DNA of 64,000 nucleotides from assembly GCF_963921235.1 (NCBI RefSeq), contig NC_086108.1:94304001-94368000 (forward strand). Reading direction: 5' to 3'. A model generated the notes under the pieces. The model saw only the letters and a list, made by a program, of their open reading frames with translations. It did no database searches and was not told where the DNA came from. Positions 1-12,477 of this stretch are shown piece by piece (the first letter of the stretch is position 1; every line of letters begins with the position of its first letter). Position numbers and translations under genes: made by a program. This DNA is from Mobula hypostoma. Taxonomy: Eukaryota.

Positions 1-547
1 TAAATTCAATTCCACGATTGATGAAGGCCAATACACCGTATGCCTTCTTAACCACAGAGTCAACCTGTGCAGCTGCTTTGCGCGTCCTATGGACTCGGAC
101 CACAAGATCCCTCTGATCTTTCACACTGCCAAGAGTCTTACCATTAATACCATATTTTGCCATCATATTTGACCTACCAAAATGAACCATTTCACACTTA
201 CCCCAGTTGAACTCCATCTGCCACTTCTCAGCCCAGTTTTGCATCCTATCAATGTCCCGCTGCAACCTCTGACAGCACTCTACACTATCCACAACACCCT
301 CAACCTTTGTGTCATCAGCAAACTTACTAACCCATCCCTCCACTTCCTCATCCAGGTCATTTATAAACATCACTAAGAGTAAGGGTTCCAGAACAGATCC
401 CTGAGGCACACCACTGGTCACCGGCCTCCGTGCAGAATATGAGCCGTCTACAACCACTCTTTGCCTTCTATGGGCAAGACAGTTCTGGATCCACAAAGCA
501 ACGTCCCCTTGGATCTCATGCCTCTTTACTTTCTCAACAAGTCTTGC
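1..547 (-). mobile_element. CR1 LINE RT fragment
   Basis: Minus strand encodes VTSGVPQGSVL and WQMEFN motifs shared with other CR1 copies in the window. Confidence 0.85.
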
Positions 548-1237
548 ATGTCAAGTTACGGTTAGACTCTCTCTTGTTGGAGATGCTCATTGACTAGAGC
601 TTTGCTCTAATAGCATAAAATGAGGGCATTTAATAAGGGACATACTTCCAAAAACAGTCCTAAAAGCTCAAGATGATGTATTTACAATGCTGATTTTAAT
701 TTCTACTCATCATCAGCTGCTTGTGCTTTCTGTGGTATTTTGGTATTGAAAGAAACTGTCTTTTTTCCTAAGAACAGAGTTTCAGTAGTCAAGCTTTGAG
801 TGAAGAGGAGAATGAGTGTCAACAAGGGGGTGGAGTTTAGAACTTTAATGCACTAGAAAGTTGAGTTTCCTTGTGTGTAGAGGAGGGTCTTGCTTTTATG
901 TGTGGCTGCTGCCTCATATTGTTGCATAGCAGAGACATCAAACATTAAATACGTGTACGGAATCTTTCACTTAATAAGAGTCCCAATTCTTATGCACGTG
1001 GGTTTCTGGAGTAACTTGATTACAAATAAATAAAGACTCTACCAGCCTGCAAGCTGAATTATGAAAAAAATACTCATATTGACAAGGAAATGTTTTCACT
1101 GAACATTTTTTGCAGCTTATTACTAATTTACTAATACCCAACATCTGAATGCCAAAAGATATCTACATTTAAAATAAAACAACAAATTTCCATGACATAT
1201 GCCAGTGATATTAAATCTGATTCTGAAAAAGACCAAC

Positions 1238-1342
1238 CTTCTCAACATCTGCTTTTGTTGCATTGTGGTCAGAGTCCAGCTTCTCATAACTTATCTGTGC
1301 CTTTTCAGTCTCCTTGCATTCTCTCTCAAATTTCTTTTTGCT
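1238..1342 (-). CDS. FNBP1L: FNBP1L exon 6 (105 nt): [35 protein letters not shown]
   Basis: Matches FNBP1[36 protein letters not shown]; ctttCAG acceptor, GTTGGT donor; phase 0 to 0. Confidence 0.96.
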
Positions 1343-1444
1343 CTGAAAGGAAAAGAAAAGAACATTTGATGACTGTTCTTCCAATTCAAGCTTTCACATA
1401 TAAACAGCTGAAACCTAATGGAAGGAATTATTAGATCAGCACTT

Positions 1445-3791
1445 CAAAAGATTCAAAGTACATTTATTAATATATACAGAATACAACTGTGACATTTGTC
1501 CTCCTGCAGTCAGTCACGAAATAAAAAAACACCATTGAACCTGTTAAAGAAATCGTCAAACACTCAACATGCTAAAGAAAAACAAATTGTGCAAATTTGC
1601 AAAAAGGTAGCGAACACACAGAATATTAAATATCAAACCAAGATTCCAGTAGCATTCAGCTTAGTTCAGTTCAGCGCTGTGTCACTAGCCCATTGCAGGC
1701 TGCAGGGTATTTCTTCAACAAAGCGCCTCAGTCCGCATCAGTCACCCCGATCAAACCACTCAAAAAACAGCAAAACAAAGAGTAACCAGAATCCAGGAAC
1801 ACATTCCACGTGAACCTTAATATCCCAGAAAACCAGTCCACAGCCTTGCCAATCAACCTTTGCAATGTGGATTGCAAGACTCCTGCAAGTTTGTCTGACA
1901 AAAGTTAGTGAGATGAGAGGAGAACTGCTCAAACACAGGCAGATGGCACCAAAAACCCACCTATCCTCCGTTCTCATCCTTGTCAACTTCAGCCTTGCTC
2001 GACACCTCAGTCGGAGAGCAGCAATGGAGTCGATCAAGGGTTTGCACCCTCGACGCCTCAGTTGGAAAGGAGCAATGGAGTCAATCATGGGTTTGCGTCT
2101 CGCCTCAGTCGGAGAGGAGCAATGGAGTCGATCATGGGTTTGCGTCTCGCCTCAGTCGGAGAGGAGCAATGGAGTCGATCATGGGTTTGCGTCTCGCCTC
2201 AGTCGGAGAGGAGCAATGGAGTCGATCATGGGTTTGCGTCTCGCCTCAGTCGGAGAGGAGCAATGGAGTCGATCATGGGTTTGTGCCCTCGACGCCTCAA
2301 TCCGAGAGGAGCAATGGAGTCGATCATGGGTTTGCGTCTCGCCTCAGTCGGAGAGGAGCAATGGAGTCGATCATGGGTTTGCGTCTCGCCTCAGTCGGAG
2401 AGGAGCAATGGAGTCGATCATGGGTTTGTGCCCTCGACGCCTCAATCCGAGAGGAGCAATGGAGTCGATCATGGGTTTGCGCCCTCGACGCCTCAATCCG
2501 AGAGGAGCAATGGAGTCGATCATGGGTTTGCGCCCTTGACGCCTCAATCCGAGAGGAGCAATAGAGTCGATCATGGGTTTGTGCCCTCGACGCCTCAATC
2601 CGAGAGGAGCAATGGAGTCGATCATGGGTTTGTGCCCTCGACGCCTCAATCCGAGAGGAGCAATGGAGTCGATCATGGGTTTGCGCCCTTGACGCCTCAA
2701 TCAGAAAGGAGCAATGGAGTCGATCATGGGTTTGCACCCTCGACGTCTCAATCGGAAAGGAGCAATGGAGTCGATCATGGGTTTGCACCCTCGACGTCTC
2801 AATCGGAAAGGAGCAATGGAGTCGATCACAGGTTTGCGCCCTCGACGTCTCAATCAGAGAGGAGCAATGGAGTCGATCATGGGTTTGCACCCTCGACGTC
2901 TCAATCAGAGAGGAGCAATAGAGTCGATCATGGGTTTGCGCCCTCGACGCCTCAATCGGAAAGGAGCAATGGAGTCGATCATGGGTTTGTGCCCTCGACG
3001 CCTCAATCCGAGAGGAGCAATGGAGTCGATCATGGGTTTGCGCCCTTGACGCCTCAATCGGAAAGGAGCAATGGAGTCGATCATGGGTTTGCACCCTCGA
3101 CGTCTCAATCGGAAAGGAGCAATGGAGTCGATCACAGGTTTGCGCCCTCGACGTCTCAATCAGAGAGGAGCAATGGAGTCGATCATGGGTTTGCGCCTCA
3201 CCTCAATCGGAAAGGAGCAATGGAGTCGATCACAGGTTTGCGCCCTCGACGTCTCAATCAGAGAGGAGCAATGGAGTCGATCATGGGTTTGCGCCCTCGA
3301 CGTCTCAATCAGAGAGGAGCAATGGAGTCGATCATGGGTTTGCGCCTCACCTCAATCGGAAAGGAGCAATGGACTCGATCATGGGTTTGCACCCTCGACG
3401 TCTCAATCAGAGAGGAGCAATGGAGTCGATCATGGGTTTGCGCCTCACCTCAATGGGAGAGGAGCAATGGACTCGATCATGGGTTTGCGCCCTCGACACC
3501 TCAGTCGGAGAGGAGCAATGGAGTCGATCATGGGTTTGCACCTCGCCTCAGTCGGAGAGGAGCAATGGAGTCGATCATGGGCCCGTCTCCAAACCTCACC
3601 AAACTCCCTTGGAGACAGCAAAGTGCTAGATCCCTCAACTGGCCAAAAACACACCATCAAAATGTAACTCACAGGTTCCATTTGCACTCAGCTTAGTAGT
3701 AGAATTATATCTGAAAGAAGGAAAAGAAGTCGTTTTGTGAACTATGAAGGACTTTACAATTGGTTATGTTGTTTGCTGGCACCATCTTGAA
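1445..3791 (-). mobile_element. Non-autonomous retroelement (LINE-like 3' tail) hosting the minisatellite
   Basis: Colinear with 11685-12475 on both sides of the array; tail AATAAATGTACTTTGAA and 5' end CAAGATGGTG on minus. Confidence 0.7.
1999..3582. repeat. Minisatellite, 32 units of 47 or 51 bp (core GAGGAGCAATGGAGTCGATCATGGGTTTG)
   Basis: Counted 32 GCAAT(G/A)GA(G/C)TC(G/A)ATCA cores from 2021 to 3562, spaced 47 or 51 bp. Confidence 0.97.
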
Positions 3792-5154
3792 TCTTAGAAT
3801 CTTGTGTTTTCCAAAATATAAAATTAGAAAATATGACATTATTTGATTATAATCAAGCATCCAGGGGGAATGGGATGTGCTGGTTGTAATGAATATTTTA
3901 GATTTTTCAGAATCAATCCAAAAACAAAACTACATCATACATTCTATACACAAATATTTAAATAATTTGCTGAACTACATGTCATGTACTTATCATTTTA
4001 AATAACTTCTATGCTGCAATCTACATTTTAATGTTAAACAATTGTAATAAAACATATTGCAAAAATAACCAAATGATTGACTGTACTGACCATCGTACCA
4101 AGTGCCTAATCTTCAAAGAGGATATTGCTGCTACTGAACTGCATAAAAATAAACTAAAAATGCCTTTTCACATTTAAATTTTGCATAAAACTTCAAATAA
4201 AATTCACTGTTTTTAAAAATGATACCACATTTTTTCAACTAGGCATTTACACCTAGCACAGCCTGGGTAAAACTTCCTCTTAGCCTAAAAAGTCTCTTGG
4301 TTGCAATACTGAAAAAGGCATTGCAATTTATTTCTGGTGTTCTGAATACCTTAACAACATTTTATTAAGATTAAATCAACCCTGAGAGTTAAAGTTGAAT
4401 GCTTAATATTCTGAGAAACATCTTCTGATTGCATGAAATTTCTAATTGCACGAATACCACATAAACCAGAGTTTGCTATATATGTTTATCATACAAAATC
4501 TCTAGAATAAGATTTTGACATGAATCTTCCTTTTACTAAAACAAAAGTTCTACAAAATACACAGAAACGAAAATTCCAAAAAGTGCACAATTTGGGAGAG
4601 GGAAGGGGTTAGATTGATTGTGGAATACATTTAGGTCAGCACAACATCATGGTATGAAGGGTCTAAGTTCTATGAGTTGGCCATAGTAACTCAATACCAT
4701 GGAGTCTGCAGTCAATGCCGAGTAGTCCCTCTGCTTGTAAAATACTGTGCCACTCTATCTGGCAGGTCTGTCCTGCTGATGAGACACGGATTACCATAGG
4801 GGTGTCTTGCAAGACATTTCTCCCAATTTAGACACGAGTTCTCAGATGTTCGTAGAAAGAACTTGCAAGGTTCTACTGTGGAAGGATTTTCGTAAGGTTT
4901 TACTGTGGAACGATCTTGAAGGGTTCTACTGTGGAAGTGACTTTGGACATGTCAAAAAATTCAGTACCTAGATTGACGCCAGATGGGATGTTCTTTCGCC
5001 CTTTCACCTCTCAACAACATTTGATAGTGGAAACTTAGACAAGTTGTTGTTGCTTTTGTTAATGGGAACAAAATATAACAGCCTCCGATGTGAAACATTT
5101 CTCAGCTTAAGGGAATTACAGCATGCATCGCTCTGACCCCTGCTCTATTTTTTA

Positions 5155-5352
5155 AATTAGAGATACAGCAAGGTAACAGGCCTTTCCGATTTAACAGCCC
5201 ACAGTGCCCAATCACACCCATGTGACCAATTAATCTGCTGTGGAATGCGGGAGGAAACACATGTGGCCACAGGGAGAATGTACAAACTCCTTGCAGATAG
5301 CGGGACTGAACCAGAGTTACTGGTGCTGTAATAGCATTACACTAACGTGCCA
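5155..5352 (-). mobile_element. tRNA-derived SINE (V-SINE/HE1-like), degenerate
   Basis: Head GTGGCACGTTAGTG with GGTTCAGTCCC box-B-like; GGAGTTTGTACATTCTCCC..TTTCCTCC central domain; CTGTATCTCTAA tail. Confidence 0.65.
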
Positions 5353-5412
5353 CCTAATTCACAGAAGATTTTGATCCAAAGTCAGCTTAATAAAAAAAAA
5401 TACACAACTTAC

Positions 5413-5475
5413 ATTATCCATCTGTTTCCAGCACATATCCAAATACTGCTGGGCTTTACGTCCTTCCTGGAGATG
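5413..5475 (-). CDS. FNBP1L: FNBP1L exon 5 (63 nt): HLQEGRKAQQYLDMCWKQMDN
   Basis: Identical to the recalled human FNBP1L peptide; ctttttctgCAG acceptor, GTAAGT donor; phase 0 to 0. Confidence 0.97.
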
Positions 5476-6308
5476 CTGCAGAAAAAGCCAGAAAGTTCTA
5501 ATGTTCAAGACTGTCTAACAATCTTAAAAAAAAATCAAAACTGCCCTACAGTTTGGTCCTTGATGTACTTGCACAAGATTAATGCAAACGTTTTATCTTA
5601 TTCGTTCAATGTGATTCTGGGTCTGATAATTTAGCCAATATCAATACACCAATGATAGAGCATCGAGTCATATTTATTTGTAATTTGTCCGTCACAGGAA
5701 AGGCAGCATGGACAGAGGCCATACGGTTCAATCTGCCCATGCCAGTACTTATGCCTTACTCTGGTCTTCTCCCACCTTTCTTCAGCGAACTCCCTATTCC
5801 ACTCTCCTTCATATGCTTATACAGCTTCCACATAAGTGCACCTACACCACTCACTTCAACTATTTACTGCAGCTGCAAGGTCCACATTTTCAGCACTTTT
5901 AATTAACCTTTTATTTAATTCTTAATAAATATGCTCTTCCTCACGAATGGAAATATTCTATCTACATCTATTTAATCCAAACCTATCAATTTAAAATCTC
6001 TAGGTCATCCCTAGTCTTTTCTCAAGAGAAAGTACACTCAGTCTGTTCATCCTTTTCTGATTATATACTGTATAATGTTATTGGAATGGCTTATTATTGG
6101 CACATGAAGGTACATTGAAAAGATTGCCTTGCATATTTCATACAGATCAATTCATTACTAAGTGCATTGAGGTAGAAGAATGTAAAACAGTAACAGAATA
6201 CAGAATAAGGTGCAACAGCTGCAGAGAAAGTGCAATGTAGGTAGACATAAGGTGCAAGGACATAACAGAGTCAATTGAGAAGTCAAGAGCCCTGATCGCA
6301 CCAGGGAA

Positions 6309-9300
6309 TTTACAGCAGAAAACAAATACTGGACTGGAAGTGTTATATCTGAATGCCTGCAGTACAAGAAATAAAATGGACAATCTTGAAATTCAGCTAC
6401 AGATTGGCAAGTATGGCATTGTGGCCATTTCTGAAACTTGGCTAAAGGATGGCTGCCATTGGGAACTAAACGTCCAAGGATATACGGTGTATCTGAAAGA
6501 TAGGTTAGTAGGCAGAGGGGGTGGTATGGCCTTGTGCATACAGAATAATATTAAATTATTAGAAAGGGATGACAGGATCGGAAAGTATAGAGTCTCTATG
6601 GGTTGAGTTAAGAAATGGCAAGCATAGAAGGACTCTAATGGCAGTTGTATACAGTCCTCCAAACAGCAGCTGGGATGTGGATTACAAATTACAGCAGGAG
6701 CTTGAAAAGGCGTTGTCAATAGAGCAATGTCATGATCATCGTTGGGGATTTTAACATGAAAGTGTTAAAAACCAGGCCACTACTGGACCTTAAGAGAGAG
6801 AATTTGTAAAATGTCTAAGGAACGGCTTTTTAGAACAGCTTGTTGCTCAGCCCACTAGGGGATTGGCTGTGCTGGACTGGGTGCTCTGCAATGATCCAGA
6901 GGGGATAAGTGAGCTCAACATTAAGGAACCCTTAGGGAACAATGATCACAATATGATCGAGCTCAAATTTCTTTCTCTTTCTTTAGTAATCTTTTTATTG
7001 ATTTAAAAGGTGCATAAATACAATCAAGAGGAGAATTATCTCAAAAAAAAAATATATATATGTAACAATATAAACTGAGATTAAGATAAACTTTGTTAAA
7101 ATCATATTGTTAAACTAGTATAAAATATATAATAAAAAATGAAAATAGCAATTCTCCTCTTATCAGTTTATGAAGAGAAAAGAAAAAAACATTGAGTTTT
7201 AAATGAAGAGAAAAAAATCCGCTACACTATATATAAAAAAAAACAAACAAAAAAAAGGGACTGGGCAGTCTATTTTGAGGATATGACCAAAAAAAACACA
7301 GACTTTCTGTTCAAATCTAAAACTTCAGGGAAAAAAAGATTGAAAGAGTAATAAATCAAATTAAATGAAAATATTGGATAAAAGGTCGTCAGATTTGCTC
7401 AAATTTAAAGGATGTACCAAATATCCGACTTCTTATTTTCTCTAAACTTAAACAGGACATAATGGAGGAGAGCCAATAGAAGACCATAGGTGGATTAGAA
7501 TCCTTCATGCTCAAATTTCAAAGTGAAAAGGGGAAACCAAATTCTAATGTGTTGGTATTTCAGTGGAATAAAGGAAATTACGATGGCATGAGAGGGTCAA
7601 AATTGACTGGAAAAGGACACTAACAGCAAAGACAGCAGAGCAGCAATGGCTGGAGTTTCTGCAAAAAATGAAGGAAGTGCAAGACAGATATATTCCAAAT
7701 AAGAAGAAATTTTCAAATGGAAGAAGGACACTACCATGGCTGACTAGTGAAGTCAGAGCCAAAGTAAAAGCAAAAGAGAGGGCATACAAGGAAACCAAAG
7801 TTAGTGGGAAGATAGAGGATTAGGAAACTTTTAAAAACTTGCAGATGGAAACCAAGAAGGTCATTAGGAGGGAAAAGATGAATTATGAAAGGAAGTTGGT
7901 AATTAACATCAAAGAAGATACTAAAAGTTTTTTAAAGTATATAAAGGGTATAAGAGTTGAGGGTAGATATAGGACCAATAGAAAATAATGCTGGAGAAAA
8001 TGTAATGAGAGACGCAGAGATGGCAGAGGAACTGAATGCGTATTTTGCATCAGTCTTCACAGTGGAAGACATGCAGTACACCGGACATTCAAGAGTGTCA
8101 GGGAAGTGAAGTAGGTGCAGTGAAAATTACGACTGTGAAGGTAATCAGGAAGCTTAATAGTCTGAGGGTGATAAATCTCCTAGACCAGATGAAATGCACC
8201 CTTAGGTTCTGAAGGAAGTAGCTGGAGAGATTGCAGAGGCATTAGCAATGATCTTTCAAGAATTGATAAATACTGGCATTGCACTGGAGACTGGAAAACT
8301 GCAAATGCTACTCCACTATATAAGAAGGGTGGGAGGCAGCAAAAAGGAAACTATAGACCTGTTAGCCTGACATCAGTGGTTGGGAAGCTATCCAAATTGA
8401 TTGTTAGGGATGAGATTATGGAGTACAGGGAGGCACATGACAAGAAAGGCCAAAGCCAGCATCGTTTCCTGAAAGGAAAATCCTGCCCCACTAATCTACT
8501 GCAATTTTTTTTGAGGAAATTACAAGCAGGGTAGACAAAGGAGATGCAGTAGATGTGGTGTACTTGTACTTTCAGAAGACCTTTGGCAAGATGCCGCACA
8601 CGAGGCTGATCGACAGAAAACAGAGAGTGGGAATAAAGGGATCCTATTCTGGCTGGCTGCCAGTTACCAGTGAGAGTTCTACAGGGATCGGTGTTGGGAC
8701 CACTGCTTTTTATGATGTATATCAATGATTTGGACTATGGGATTAATGGATTCGTGGCTAAATTTGCCGATGATACAAAGATAAGTGGAGGAGCGAGTAG
8801 TGTTGAGGAAACAGATAGAGTTAGATAGTTTAGGGGAACGGGCAAAGAAGCGGCAAATGAAATACAATCTTGGAAAGTGTATGGTCATGCCTTTTAGTGG
8901 AAGAAATAAATAGGCAGATTATTATTTAGATGGGGATAGAATTCAAAATGCAGAGATGCAAAGGGACATGGGAGTCCTTGTGCAGGATACCCTAAAGGTT
9001 AACCTTGAGGTTGAGTCGGTGAAGATGGCGAAAGCAATGTTGGCATTCATTTCTCGAGGTATAGAATACAAGAGCAAGGATGTGATGTTGAGGCTCTATA
9101 AGGCACTGGTGAGAACATACTCCGAGTATTGTGTGCAGTTTTGGAATCTTTATTTTAGAAAGAATATACTGACATTGGAGAGGGTTCAAAGAAGATTCAC
9201 GCGAATGATTCCAGAAATGAAAGGGTTACCTTATGAGGAACGTCTGGCAGCTCTTGGGCTGTATGCTGTGAAATTCAAGAGAATGAGGGGGGATCTCATA

Positions 9301-9647
9301 GAAACATTCTGAATGTTAAATGGTCTGAACAGATTAGATATGGCAAAGTTATTTCCCATGGTAGGAGAGTCTAGGACAAGAGGGCACGACTTCAGGATTG
9401 ATGGACGTCCATTTAGAACAAAGCTGTGGAAAAATTACTTTACTCAGAGGGTGGTAAGATCTGTGGAGTCCAAGTCATTGGGTGCATTTAAGGCAGAGAT
9501 AGATAGGTTCTTGATTAGCCAGGACATCAAAGGATATGAAGAGAAGGCAGGGGAGTGGGGATGACTGGAAGAATTGGATCAGCCTATGATTAAATGGCAG
9601 AGCAGACTCAATAAGCCGAATGGCCTACTTCTGCTCCTATATCTTAT
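6309..9647 (+). mobile_element. CR1 LINE ORF2 (APE + RT), 5'-truncated, frameshifted
   Basis: YLNACSTRNK, ISETWL, NYRPVSLTS, KFADDTK, ERVQRRFTRMIP; CR1 tail CTCCTATATCTTATG. Confidence 0.95.
6972..7508 (-). mobile_element. L1-clade 3' end inserted in CR1
   Basis: 11-bp TSD GCTCAAATTTC (6961-6971 / 7509-7519); minus strand encodes KDSNPP..WLSSIMSCLSLEKIR..KFEQI*RPF (fish-L1-type ORF2 C-terminus), then AATAAA and an A-rich tail. Confidence 0.85.
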
Positions 9648-10129
9648 GGAACCACTCAACAGTCTTACAACAGCAGGGTAGAAGCTGCCCTCGAGTTGAT
9701 GGTATGTGTTTTCATGTTTGTTCTGCCCAACAGAAGAGGGGAGAAAAGTGAATGTCCAGGGTAGATGGGGTCTTTGATCATGCTGGTTGCTTCACTGAGG
9801 CAGCAAGAAGTATAGTCAGAGAGGAGGAGGCTAGTTTCCATGACATGTTAAGTTTTGTTCACAATGCCCTGCAGTTTATTTAGCAATGCAGCATGGAGTA
9901 GGCCTTTCTGGCCCTTAGAACCACGTCACCCAACAACCCCAAACGAACCTTCTTCTTAACTACAATATTAGGACTGGGGGGGGGGGGGGTTCAGACTCCG
10001 AACACTTGGATGTTCCTTTAGAGATGAGGAAGGACTTCTTTAGCCAAATGGTGGTGAATCTGTAGAATTTATTACCACAGAAAGCTGTGGGGATGAAGTC
10101 ATAGGGTATAATTAAAGCTGAGGTTGATA

Positions 10130-10516
10130 TAGTACTGTACGAAAGTCTTAGGCACCCTAGTCTATTTTTTTAAAAATAAGGTTTCAGATGGTATGGCCTC
10201 CTCAGAGCCCTGATCTCAATACCATCAAGGCTGTCTGGGATTATATGGAGAGACAGAAGCAAGTGAGACAGCCAGAGTCTGCAGAAGAACTGTGGCAAGT
10301 TCTCCAAGATGCTTGAAACAACTTACCGGCCAAGTTTCTTATCAAACTGCATGACAGTGTACCTAAGAATTGAATGGTCACACCGAATAGTGATTTGATT
10401 TAGTGTTTTTTTTTACTGTTACTGCTCTTTATAGTAATTTTTTGATATTTAAATACTTTATTATTTTTGAAAGCATCTTTTCTTTAACACATGCCTAAGA
10501 CTTTTGCACAGTACAG
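10130..10516 (+). mobile_element. Non-autonomous Tc1/mariner element (MITE-like) inside a CR1 3' fragment
   Basis: TIRs AGTACTGTACGAAAGTCTTAGGCA / TGCCTAAGACTTTTGCACAGTACAG, TA flanks, WPPQSPDLN transposase remnant. Confidence 0.85.
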
Positions 10517-10959
10517 TAGTTTCTTGAATAGTAATGACGTCAAAGATTATGAGGAATGGTGGAGCAGAGTCAATGGCTGAATGGGTTAATTTTATCTTAT
10601 GGTCTCAGATTACACAAAAAAAGAACATTTGTGCCATTGTTTTCTTATGTCAAACACACACAATGGGTCCATTTACAAGCCTAGTAATATTTTTTCATTA
10701 ATAAACTAATATATAATTTTAAGGTACTTAATGATCTCCATGTATTTTGCTTTATTTGGACTGAAAATCCAAGACCAAGAAATAAGTCACCCTGAAAAAT
10801 CAACAGAAATATGCTATTGTATTATTACTTCTCCCTCTGTCACCCCCCCCTCCCCCGAGGCTACAAAAAGAATTAATCCACCTTATTTTCATGGATAAAT
10901 ACTAGATACAGGTTGTCTTGTTCTATTATCTCCACCCAAAATGATTCCAAGTGGACATA

Positions 10960-11610
10960 GTTCAGAGCTTCTACTTCAGTGTAAATATCACCAATAATTT
11001 TGTCTTGGTCCATCCACATTAACATTGGTCAAGAAAGCATACTAATGACTAATTCCTCAGGAATTCCTAAGGAAGTTCGGCATCTCTGATGACTCTTACC
11101 CATTTCTATAGATGCTTCATAGAAAGTATCCTATCCAGATGTATTACATTTGGTGTGGCAACTGTTCTGTCCAAGAATGCAAAACATTTCAAACAATTGT
11201 GAATGCAGCACAGTTCATCATGCAAATCAGCCTCACCTCCATTGACTTGTCTACACTTCTTGCTGTCACAAGAAAGCAGTCAACATAATCAAGGACCTCT
11301 CTCATCAAGTCATTTTCTCTTCACCCTTCTATCATGGGGCAGAAGACACAAAAGATTGAAATCATATACCACAAACTCAAAAGACTGCGTCCAGCACACT
11401 GTTAACAGATTCTTGAATGAACTTCACACATTCAAGATGAAATTCTTGATCTGCATGTCTATCTCGTCATGGCCCTTACACTTTATTTGTTTACCTGCAA
11501 TGCACTTTCTCTGCAACACTCTCCTTCTATATACTATCTTGATATATCAGGGCATGACCTGCCTGCATAACACATAAACAAAAGCCTTTTGTACACATGG
11601 CAATAATAAA
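10960..11610 (+). mobile_element. Rex/Babar LINE 3' fragment
   Basis: IESILS.CIT motif remnant; tail GTACACATGGCAATAATAAA. Confidence 0.7.
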
Positions 11611-11684
11611 TCTATTATTTTGAACTTCTCTTACAATCCTTTTGCCTTCTTGGTTTTAGCTCATCTGTTATCAGAACTACCACC

Positions 11685-12475
11685 CAAGATTCAAAGTACA
11701 TTTATTATCTAAGTATGCATTCAGTATACAACCCTGAGATTAGTCTTCCCCACAGTCACAAAACAAAACAACACTATGGAGCCTGTTCAAAGAAAACATC
11801 GAACACCAATGCCAAAATAAAAACAAATCGCACAAACATCAAAAAAAGAGCAAAAAAAAACAGAATATAAAACATCAAACCAGAGTCATTAAACAGTCTA
11901 GGAATGTTCAGTTTAGTTGAGCTCAGTTCAGTTCAACTTAGCGCTGTGTCGTTTGCTGAATGCAGGCTGCAGAGCAAGTCAACCCCAATCAAAATAGCAA
12001 TTAAAAAAAAAGGAGCAACTACAAACATATCAAAACATGAACTACAGAATCCAATTCTCAAACCACTTCAATTAAACCGTGCCAAAACCCAAGACTCTGG
12101 TACCATTGTAGAAGAGCAAGACAGAGAGACCAGTCAAATGCAAGCACCTTCCTCCAAGAGCAGTGAGCAAGAGACCAGTCAAACACAAGCAGGCGGTGCG
12201 GAACAGCCGCTCGCCTTCCACTCTCATCTTCGTTGATTTCAATCTTGCTTGACCATTTAATCAGCGAGAAATAAGCTGATCTTGGGCTTGCACCTCATCT
12301 TCTGGCTTCTTGGCCTCCAGGCCGCACGCTCCAATCACAACCTCACTGTACTCCGTAAGAGATAGCTAAGTGTCAGATCGCTCAACCAGCCCGAAATACA
12401 CCATCAAAATGTATATCACAGGTTCCAATGATAGCAGAATCATATTTGAAGGAAGAAGAACACATAAAAGTAGTA
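11685..12475 (-). mobile_element. Non-autonomous retroelement, sister of 1445-3791 without the array expansion
   Basis: Shared blocks AAGATTCAAAGTACATTTATTA, TTAGTT..AGCGCTGTGTC and ACACCATCAAAATGTA..CACAGGTTCCA. Confidence 0.7.
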
Positions 12476-12477
12476 AT

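Larger units (their letters stand above)
6085..9880 (-). mobile_element. Rex/Babar-like LINE 3' fragment, split by a CR1 insertion (parts ~6085-6308 and ~9648-9880)
   Basis: Sequence resembles the other Rex 3' ends in the window and resumes after the CR1 tail. Confidence 0.55.

Noticed and set aside
1999..3582. CRISPR array (constant ~30-bp core with variable intervening sequence)
   Set aside because: The intervening parts are point or 4-bp indel variants of one sequence, not unique spacers; no cas genes; vertebrate intron
2062..3696. 544-aa repeat protein and overlapping ORFs on both strands
   Set aside because: By-product of a stop-poor 51-bp (17-codon) unit; open in almost all frames, with frames scrambled by the 47-bp units
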